This document shows, one piece after another, positions 28,252 to 34,464 of a DNA stretch of 35,559 nucleotides (position 1 is the first letter of the stretch; the number at the start of each line of letters is the position of its first letter). This DNA is from a virus (lineage: Duplodnaviria > Caudoviricetes). The translations under genes and the position numbers were made by a program. The notes beneath the pieces are model-generated. The model was not told the DNA's origin. It saw only the letters and a list, made by a program, of their open reading frames with translations, and did not search any database. The stretch lies in the IMG/VR virus record IMGVR_UViG_3300017754_002889, positions 1 to 35,559 of that record; one strand, given 5' to 3'.

Positions 28252-28929
28252 TTATTCCCCTGTGGTTAAGATTTCAAACATTAAATCAATTTCTTGCAAG
28301 AAACCAATTGCGGCGGCTTCAACATCCGCGATATAAACGGGATCGGGTACATATTTGCGAATCAATAATTTATTTTTGTCGGGCAAACGCGGATCGTAAG
28401 CACAAAAGTAAACAGGGCATCCACCCAAACACGCGCTTTGCAATGCCATTTGCGGCAAATAATCTTCCGGCAACCAATTAGGGTTTTCGCGGGCGGCAAT
28501 TAACCATGAAAGCATTGTTGAAGTTGATGGGCATTTGATTTCAAGAAGGGAAACTTCCGATTCAATAATGCCATCCGGGGATGATCCGCAATTTTCAATG
28601 CTTGGATGTTCAACAAATCCAACATCGGTTACTTGCAAACCGGTTGCAATCGTAAATGCTTCTTTTGCCATTGGTTCTTGATCAATGCCCCATTGCATTT
28701 CGTGAGTTACATATTTCGGAACAATGTTCCCGGTAAGGCGTTCCGCAAGAATTTCAATTTTTAATTTACGGCGTTCGGATGATTCTTTTGGTAATTCATC
28801 TTTTTTTGCTTTTAAGAATGACATTGCCGCCGCCATTCTTGATGCGGTTAATTTGCCGGTGCGGGCATTAAACCAAGCCCCGGTTCCCTGCAATTTATTT
28901 GCTTCGCGGTGTTGCGTGTTGTTTTCCAT
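28252..28929 (-). CDS. YqaJ / lambda-exonuclease-like recombination nuclease
   Basis: QGTGAWFNARTGKLTAS, MQWG...E, SPDG, LEIKCP, Y.PQ..LQ motifs. Confidence 0.93.
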   Translation of the reverse strand: MENNTQHREANKLQGTGAWFNARTGKLTASRMAAAMSFLKAKKDELPKESSERRKLKIEILAERLTGNIVPKYVTHEMQWGIDQEPMAKEAFTIATGLQVTDVGFVEHPSIENCGSSPDGIIESEVSLLEIKCPSTSTMLSWLIAARENPNWLPEDYLPQMALQSACLGGCPVYFCAYDPRLPDKNKLLIRKYVPDPVYIADVEAAAIGFLQEIDLMFEILTTGE

Positions 28930-28935
28930 AATGTT

Positions 28936-29127
28936 TTATCCTTTAATAATGTCTGATGCATCGCCTTTTAAGGCATCTACTTTTCCATAAATCAATACAG
29001 TTTCACGAATGGTTTGGGCTTCGTTCAACCGTAATTTCCAATGCAAACGATCTTCGCCATCCGAATCCCGATAACGGGCTTTTAACCAATCAATACGATC
29101 ATCAATGGCTTTAATAATTTCAATCAT
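28936..29127 (-). CDS. Hypothetical protein
   Basis: 63-aa helical ORF from ATG 29127 filling the gap between erf and the exonuclease. Confidence 0.6.
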   Translation of the reverse strand: MIEIIKAIDDRIDWLKARYRDSDGEDRLHWKLRLNEAQTIRETVLIYGKVDALKGDASDIIKG

Positions 29128-29152
29128 TGTTATTTCTTTGTTAATTTGTTGA

Positions 29153-29821
29153 TTAATTTGGCGTTTTCTCACTTGTGGCAACCTTTTGTTCGGAAAGTAG
29201 TGCCAATTTAACTTCATCTTTTACGGTGGTTGCCGCTTTTTGTTCTTCTTTTGTCAAGCCGCCCCATTCCACTTGAAGGTTTACAAGCGATTTGCAAGCG
29301 CGAAGGATGTTTTGCACTTCGGCAATCCGTTCGGGTGATGGCGTAACCGTAACTTCCCCGGCAGGGGGCGAAATCGTGGCGGTAACGCTTCCATTTTTGG
29401 TGGTTGGTACGCTTACCCTAGCGGAACGCGATTGCGCGTTTACGGGCGTGTTTTGTGCGGCATTGGCATCATCATCTTCCGGGGCAATGCCACAAGCCGC
29501 CATTAACGAATAACGGCGGGCGTAAGTAAGTGCGCTTCCGTACGCTTGTGGGTCTTTTTTAGCGGCGGGAACATGAAGGATGCCCCCGGTAATAGTTTCC
29601 CCCGATTGATGAACAAACAGGGTTTCCACCGCAACGCCGTTATCGGAATCATGGGTTCGTTGGATCATGGCAATACCATTATTGTTAAGGGCATCAATTA
29701 CCGCTTCAATACAAGCGGCAAGATCGGCATACCGCGAACTAAAATATGGATTTGCTGATTTTTTTAACGCCGGGGCAAAATCCCGTTGGGCGTTTACAAG
29801 TGCAGTTGCAATTAATTGCAT
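29153..29821 (-). CDS. erf: ERF-family single-strand annealing protein
   Basis: NPYFSSRYADL, HQSGE and the signature GSALTYARRYSLMAACGIAPEDDDA. Confidence 0.95.
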   Translation of the reverse strand: MQLIATALVNAQRDFAPALKKSANPYFSSRYADLAACIEAVIDALNNNGIAMIQRTHDSDNGVAVETLFVHQSGETITGGILHVPAAKKDPQAYGSALTYARRYSLMAACGIAPEDDDANAAQNTPVNAQSRSARVSVPTTKNGSVTATISPPAGEVTVTPSPERIAEVQNILRACKSLVNLQVEWGGLTKEEQKAATTVKDEVKLALLSEQKVATSEKTPN

Positions 29822-29832
29822 GGTTTTACCTT

Positions 29833-30006
29833 TCAAAGTAAACAAACAAAAAGCATGAAGGCAACGAAAGCCGCGCCCACAAGGATTTTTTCGCCAAGTG
29901 TTTCTTCTTGGTTGATCGGGGTACGCGCCGATACTTCGCGGATAAACCGTTGTTTTTCTTCATGTGCGTAATCACGCATTACAAGGTTGTGATTTGTGTT
30001 TTTCAT
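29833..30006 (-). CDS. 57-aa protein with C-terminal TM helix (not in ORF track)
   Basis: Read manually: MKNTNHNLVM...EKILVGAAFVAFMLFVCLL*; RBS AAGGAAA; ATGA overlap with upstream stop. Confidence 0.7.
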   Translation of the reverse strand: MKNTNHNLVMRDYAHEEKQRFIREVSARTPINQEETLGEKILVGAAFVAFMLFVCLL

Positions 30007-30239
30007 TTAGTTATTTCCTTAATTGTGATTTCGTATAAACGCCCGTTAATGTCGGACACATTGATAAATTTGGCAGTTGATGCAAACGCACCTTTGGTAT
30101 CGGTGTCGTAACGAACGCCGCCGCAACCGGCAATCAATGATTCATGCCGCCCAAGGTCTTTGTTAATGGCTTGCTTGATAACTTCCGCGATGTAATCGCA
30201 ATACACCAATGGCACATGGATTGTTTTAAGCGGTAACAT
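30003..30239 (-). CDS. Hypothetical protein
   Basis: MLPLKTIHV... from ATG 30239, overlapping the upstream stop. Confidence 0.65.
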   Translation of the reverse strand: MLPLKTIHVPLVYCDYIAEVIKQAINKDLGRHESLIAGCGGVRYDTDTKGAFASTAKFINVSDINGRLYEITIKEITK

Positions 30240-30408
30240 TTTTTTCGATCCTTTCCAACTTAACAACGGCGTAACCCTTGCGTTCAAATTCCAACGCGGC
30301 ATGGCAAGCCTGTTTAATGGTTAATGGAAGGGTACGGATTGGTTCGCTTTCCGCATCGTATTGGCGTACAACGGTGTATTCTTTTTTACCTTGCCCAATT
30401 CGTTTCAT
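30226..30408 (-). CDS. Hypothetical protein
   Basis: 60 aa; RBS AAGGAAA. Confidence 0.65.
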   Translation of the reverse strand: MKRIGQGKKEYTVVRQYDAESEPIRTLPLTIKQACHAALEFERKGYAVVKLERIEKNVTA

Positions 30409-30487
30409 ATATTGTTTCCTTATGTTTTATCGTATGTGTTAACAGTATCACCGGGTGATCTACCAAGGGGCTTTCGCCCCCCGGCGT

Positions 30488-31021
30488 TTACTTGCGAAGC
30501 CTTGTTGGAAATTGATTAAAAACCTTGCCATAAACGGAACGGTTAACAATGCATTTGGTGTTCCAAACTTCTTTGGCATCGCCTTTGATAACAACCAAAT
30601 TGGAATCGTGCCAAACGCCGTTCATGTAACCCATTACGGCAGAATCACAAGCACCAACTTTTTTGATCAACTTAACAACATACGCTTCGTATTGGTAAGC
30701 GGCATCATCGGCGGCGTTTTTGATTGCGCGGGCAACACCTTCTTCGCACCATGTAACCATGAATGGTTCGCTTGGTTTGCGTGAACATTTAACAGGGGAT
30801 ACAAGTGAACGGGCGTAATCATGGGCGGCTTTTAACGCCATGTATGTTGCGCGTGATGCATTGATGCCGGGGCGTGGAAATGCAACATTCAAATCCCAAC
30901 CGGCGTTTTCCAATTTGGTTTTGATGTTTGCAATTACTTCGTGGGTTGCTTCAACGGCGGCATCAATGCTTGATTGCTTAATGGGTTGAACGGCGATTGC
31001 GATGGCGTTTTGTTGTGTCAT
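30488..31021 (-). CDS. Hypothetical protein, first gene of leftward early operon
   Basis: ATG 31021 with AAGGAAA RBS; 177 aa ending IVNRSVYGKVFNQFPTR. Confidence 0.8.
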   Translation of the reverse strand: MTQQNAIAIAVQPIKQSSIDAAVEATHEVIANIKTKLENAGWDLNVAFPRPGINASRATYMALKAAHDYARSLVSPVKCSRKPSEPFMVTWCEEGVARAIKNAADDAAYQYEAYVVKLIKKVGACDSAVMGYMNGVWHDSNLVVIKGDAKEVWNTKCIVNRSVYGKVFNQFPTRLRK

Positions 31022-31071
31022 ATTAAGTTTCCTTTTTTTCATCCGGTCATGGAATGTTTGACCGTGAAAGA

Positions 31072-31102
31072 ATCATAACATAGTTTGTTAACGGGTGGTC
31101 AA
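31072..31102 (-). promoter_or_regulatory. Candidate leftward early promoter
   Basis: Minus strand TTGACC-19 bp-TATGAT with extended -10 TG; spacer is longer than optimal. Confidence 0.5.
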
Positions 31103-31173
31103 TACTTTTTGTAGGTATTTGTTAATTATTTTCTAGGTGGTTTCCCTATGTTTTGGGTTTTTTTACATTTTTG

Positions 31174-31203
31174 TTGACACCCAAGCGTTTTTTCGGGCAG
31201 AAT
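31174..31203 (+). promoter_or_regulatory. Candidate rightward promoter
   Basis: Consensus TTGACA-18 bp-CAGAAT with AT-rich upstream tract; points into the structured non-coding region. Confidence 0.55.
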
Positions 31204-31255
31204 TGCAATTGTCAACGGTGTGGCAATCGTTGGAAATGCAATTCAAGGATCACAT

Positions 31256-31384
31256 CCCCCGATGTTTTTGGTGGGCTTGTGTGATTTTGGAAGGGGTAGA
31301 TTTCCCTTGCGGTTGCGTACTGTTTCCAAAATTGCCCAACGCCAAGGGTCAAGCCCACCAAAGCCATTGGGGGTTTTTCTTTTT
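31256..31384 (+). ncRNA. Putative structured RNA, domain 1 (branched long hairpin ending in U tract)
   Basis: Nested helices 31256-64/31365-73, 31267-79/31350-62 (13 bp perfect), 31281-93/31323-35, two small apical hairpins, then TTTTTCTTTTT. Confidence 0.7.
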
Positions 31385-31423
31385 GGGTTGCCACATTCGT
31401 TACCGTACTTCGCACGATAGTAA

Positions 31424-31630
31424 GCACCGAACCTGGTGGCGCGAAAGAAAAGGGTACAGGTATGGGCGTATGGCATAACGCACCCGGTGCAAATCCGTAA
31501 ATTCCTGCGGCGGGCATGAATCCACAAGCCGGGGGGAAAAGGTAAACAATCCTTTCCATGCGTGGATCGTATTTATACGGGTGAAGCCATCCTTGTTTTC
31601 GTACCCCTTGGGGGTAGGGGGGCATTTGGG
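31424..31630 (+). ncRNA. Putative structured RNA, domain 2 (multi-stem)
   Basis: Helices GCACCG/CGGTGC, ACCTG/CAGGT, GCGT/ACGC, CCGTAAAT/ATTTATACGG, ATCCAC/GTGGAT, GGAAAAGG/CCTTTCC, TACCCC/GGGGTA; no credible ORF. Confidence 0.5.
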
Positions 31631-31751
31631 TGAAAATAATTAAATACTAGATATACAAAGGAATTGATGTATATAAATCGGAAAAAAATATACAAGAAGT
31701 TAACAATGTGTTAAGGTTAAAACCGTAAACAAACTTGAAAGGGGTTTGATT

Positions 31752-31931
31752 ATGGAAAAAAAAGAACAAGCACATTTATCGGAAACATTTGTTAAATGTT
31801 TTTCAATGCCAAATTGTTCAAAATGCAAACACTTTGAATTGTTAACCGTTTTTGAATACTGTAATTTACACGACAAGATAACAGAAGGGAAAATATGTAA
31901 TGGGTTCCGTATTAAAGATGCAGATTCATAA
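31752..31931 (+). CDS. Small Cys-rich protein
   Basis: CSKCKHF...YC...C pattern; AGGGG RBS. Confidence 0.6.
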   Translation: MEKKEQAHLSETFVKCFSMPNCSKCKHFELLTVFEYCNLHDKITEGKICNGFRIKDADS

Positions 31932-32328
31932 CCCGCATTACCGTAATGAAGAATTAATACGAAGCAGTTTCAACATTCTTACGGGAATAAAGTTTGGCAA
32001 CATTCGCCCAATGGATGTTGATGGTTTTATTGAAATCCATAACAAACTTTTTATCTTCATTGAAACCAAGCATGGCATAAGCCCATTGCAAGGCGCACAA
32101 AAAATGGCGTTGGAAAGATTAAGTGATGCCGTACACAATCCCCCACATAAAAATTCATACCTTCTTGTTGCAAGCCATGAAGCCCAAGGCGATATTGATG
32201 TTGCAACTTCTTTGATTACCGAATACAGGCACAACGGGAAATGGCATTGGGTTGCGGAATTGGAATATACCGCTTATGATTTTGTTTACAATCTAATTGA
32301 AATCCACATTGGGCATAACAAAATATGA
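31918..32328 (+). CDS. PD-(D/E)XK nuclease-like protein
   Basis: PMDVDGFIE...FIFIETK...Q motif order. Confidence 0.6.
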   Translation: MQIHNPHYRNEELIRSSFNILTGIKFGNIRPMDVDGFIEIHNKLFIFIETKHGISPLQGAQKMALERLSDAVHNPPHKNSYLLVASHEAQGDIDVATSLITEYRHNGKWHWVAELEYTAYDFVYNLIEIHIGHNKI

Positions 32329-32414
32329 ATCCGATCAAATCACCTTTTTGGTATTTGTTGCAAAAGGAAATACAAGCCCGTAAAAATTCAAAAACAGTTA
32401 ACAAAACACGATAA
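32325..32414 (+). CDS. 29-aa microprotein (not in ORF track)
   Basis: MNPIKSPFWYLLQKEIQARKNSKTVNKTR*; ATGA overlap upstream, ends 6 nt before next start. Confidence 0.45.
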   Translation: MNPIKSPFWYLLQKEIQARKNSKTVNKTR

Positions 32415-32420
32415 GACAAT

Positions 32421-32846
32421 ATGACCGATGAACAAGAATTTGATGCTTTTTATAAAGCATACCCCCGGAAGGTTGCCAAAGGCGATGCCCGTAAAGCATG
32501 GCAATCTACCAAAAAAATTCGCCCACCATTGGCAAACATCCTTGCCGCAATTCAAGCCCAATGCAATACCGAACAATGGTTAAAAGATAACCATGCGTAC
32601 ATACCGTACCCGGCAACATGGCTTCGCGCCGAACGGTGGGATGATGAAATTGAAATAACCGTTGCGGGCAAAGTGATTGGTAAGGATTGGCATCAAACAT
32701 GGACAGGCATAACCATGAAAGGCAACGAATTGGGTATTTATGAAAAAGATTTTGATCACCCAATAAAGTTTCGTACCGCAGTTTACGAAGCCGCCCGCGC
32801 CCAAGAAACCGCCCCACACAATGTGTTCCAACTTAAATCCGCATGA
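32421..32846 (+). CDS. Protein resembling the C-terminal domain of phage replication initiators
   Basis: FDAFYKAYPRKVAK..A.KAW and YIPYPATWL..ERWDDE motifs. Confidence 0.75.
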   Translation: MTDEQEFDAFYKAYPRKVAKGDARKAWQSTKKIRPPLANILAAIQAQCNTEQWLKDNHAYIPYPATWLRAERWDDEIEITVAGKVIGKDWHQTWTGITMKGNELGIYEKDFDHPIKFRTAVYEAARAQETAPHNVFQLKSA

Positions 32847-33139
32847 TTTGCCCCGCTTGTGAAAAAGCCCAAACGCAACTTTCCGGAACCTATCAATTCA
32901 ATTGTTCGGGTTGCCGTACCCGCTTCATTCAATCCGAACCCTGCAAGTATTTTCGTAAAGTATTGGTGGAACATTTTTCAAAAAAATACGGTGAATTTCT
33001 TTTGTGGCAAGAAGGCAAGAATTGCGGTTGCGAACGAATATGCAAACGAAAAGCGGCAGTTGGACAAAATCAACAAATGGAACGAATACATGAACAACCA
33101 ATTAACCGTAACGGAACGAAAACATCTCGCCGCCGTTAA
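32843..33139 (+). CDS. Cys-rich (zinc-binding-like) hypothetical protein
   Basis: CPAC, CSGC, CGC...C; ATGA overlap. Confidence 0.6.
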   Translation: MICPACEKAQTQLSGTYQFNCSGCRTRFIQSEPCKYFRKVLVEHFSKKYGEFLLWQEGKNCGCERICKRKAAVGQNQQMERIHEQPINRNGTKTSRRR

Positions 33140-33350
33140 ACAATTGCCATGCGGCGTATGTGGTTCACAAGAAGGATCGGAAGCCCATCACATTGAACAA
33201 CACCTTCAATACATTTGCATCCCACTTTGCGCGGATTGCCATCGTGGTTCACATAACGGTTTACATGGGGAAAAAAGAATATGGAAAGTAATGAAAAAAA
33301 CGGAAATGTCGGTATTGAACGAAACAATCAAAAAGTTAATAAACCCTTAA
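33090..33350 (+). CDS. HNH-like zinc-binding nuclease (Ref-like)
   Basis: LPCGVCG...EAHHI...IPLCADCH...GLHG from ATG 33090. Confidence 0.75.
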   Translation: MNNQLTVTERKHLAAVKQLPCGVCGSQEGSEAHHIEQHLQYICIPLCADCHRGSHNGLHGEKRIWKVMKKTEMSVLNETIKKLINP

Positions 33351-33526
33351 CCCGCGAAGATATAAAAGCAATACTTGAAACAATGCCCGAAGGATTGGAT
33401 GCCGATGAATTTATTATTCGATTGTGCAACGAAGCAATCCATTATTCTTTTCGTTTAAAAAAAGAACAAGCATTACAAGCAATGCATGATGCAAACAAAA
33501 AATTGGGTTTGTACGATGATTATTAA
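33281..33526 (+). CDS. Hypothetical protein
   Basis: KPLTREDI...ALQAMHDANKKLGLYDDY; fills gap between neighbours; start uncertain. Confidence 0.55.
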   Translation: MESNEKNGNVGIERNNQKVNKPLTREDIKAILETMPEGLDADEFIIRLCNEAIHYSFRLKKEQALQAMHDANKKLGLYDDY

Positions 33527-33869
33527 CTTACCTTGGTATCCAAGGGAATGTTCACCCAATGCGCGGGTTCATTGGTCAAAACTTGCCGAAATGAAAAAAA
33601 AATATAGGGATGTTTGTTTTCTTTTAACCAAAGAATCGGTTGGTAATGTGTCATTGCCGGAAACCGGGGACATTCATGTAACTATTGAATTTTTCCCACC
33701 TGCAAAGCGGGCATACGATTTGGATAACCTTTTGGCATCCATTAAATCCGGGTTGGATGGCGTTGCCCAAGCGTTAAAGGTCAATGATTCTCGGTTTACA
33801 TTAACAATTTGCAAAAAGCCGGAAATACGGGGTATGATACGGTTAACAATCACGCATCAAGATTGTTAA
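33516..33869 (+). CDS. rusA: RusA-like Holliday junction resolvase
   Basis: LPW.P...SPN, F.PP..R.YDLDNL...K..LDG......ND catalytic pattern. Confidence 0.85.
   Translation: MIINLPWYPRECSPNARVHWSKLAEMKKKYRDVCFLLTKESVGNVSLPETGDIHVTIEFFPPAKRAYDLDNLLASIKSGLDGVAQALKVNDSRFTLTICKKPEIRGMIRLTITHQDC
33809..33838 (+). promoter_or_regulatory. Candidate promoter inside the 3' end of rusA
   Basis: TTGCAA-18 bp-TATGAT, upstream of the 33893 ORF and the tRNA-like gene. Confidence 0.35.
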
Positions 33870-33892
33870 GAACATTACACGAAAGGAAAATT

Positions 33893-34093
33893 ATGTTCAA
33901 AATTCAAATTGAAGTTAACGGTACAAACATTGCAGTTGAAGCCGCAACAACATTGAACATGGGCGGCTTGAACGCTTTTATTGATTCAATAATTAACAAA
34001 CAAGAAGAACCAAAGATTACAACAAAAGCCCCGGTTAAAACAATTAAGCGTGGGCGCGGCAGACCGGCAGGGGCAAAGAACAAACGCAAGTGA
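33893..34093 (+). CDS. Small protein with C-terminal AT-hook
   Basis: ATG 33893 with AAGGAAA RBS; KRGRGRP motif. Confidence 0.75.
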   Translation: MFKIQIEVNGTNIAVEAATTLNMGGLNAFIDSIINKQEEPKITTKAPVKTIKRGRGRPAGAKNKRK

Positions 34094-34114
34094 TTAAAGC
34101 GTTTCAATTATTAA

Positions 34115-34191
34115 CGCGGGGCTTACGGTTAAGGATTACACCCTTCATTTGGGCGTTTAGATCGCGGGTTCAATTCCCGCCCCCGCAACCA
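34115..34191 (+). tRNA. Atypical initiator-tRNA(Met, CAT)-like gene
   Basis: Acceptor CGCGGGG/CCCCGCA with C1xA72, A73, encoded CCA; T arm GCGGG-TTCAATT-CCCGC; CAT centred in a 7-nt loop (34146-48); D arm non-canonical; intergenic. Confidence 0.8.
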
Positions 34192-34215
34192 ACACAACAA
34201 CAAAGGAAACAAAAC

Positions 34216-34434
34216 ATGACCTTAAAACAACAAATTATTGATTTACTACACGCACAACCCGGATTGGATAGTAATCAAATTACCGAAGCATTGAACGCAA
34301 AAGTTACAAGTGTTAAGGTTACATTATGCAAATTGGTAAGTGCGGAAAAGATTACCCGGATTAAAGAATTAAAGAACAACCCGGAAAAAGCCGGGCGAAA
34401 AAATACTTACCGTTACAAAATAAAAACCGATTAA
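34216..34434 (+). CDS. Winged helix-turn-helix DNA-binding protein
   Basis: ATG 34216 with AAGGAAA RBS; IIDLL...PGL....I.EAL.....SV...L.KLV....I pattern. Confidence 0.75.
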   Translation: MTLKQQIIDLLHAQPGLDSNQITEALNAKVTSVKVTLCKLVSAEKITRIKELKNNPEKAGRKNTYRYKIKTD

Positions 34435-34464
34435 ACTGTAAACAATTTAATGAAGGGGAACACC

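Noticed and set aside
31027-31064. Hammerhead-like core on the minus strand (CGGATGA...GAAAC after a hairpin)
   Set aside because: The core is CGGAUGA rather than CUGANGA, there is no stem II, and GAAAC is part of the RBS; only a simple leader hairpin CGGTCA/TGACCG is supported.
31137-31625. Overlapping ORFs on both strands in the control region
   Set aside because: No RBS or recognisable motifs and atypical residue composition; nested base-pairing explains the sequence better.
62-33847. GTTAAC as a recurring operator near promoters (62, 30438, 31087, 31699, 33842)
   Set aside because: The hexamer is also frequent throughout coding regions, so enrichment at promoters cannot be shown by eye.
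34115-34191. tRNA-like sequence as an attP core
   Set aside because: No integrase is seen, and both acceptor strands are present rather than only a 3' fragment.
34090-34215. N-terminal extension of the wHTH ORF from GTG 34090
   Set aside because: It overlaps the tRNA-like gene; a good RBS precedes ATG 34216.
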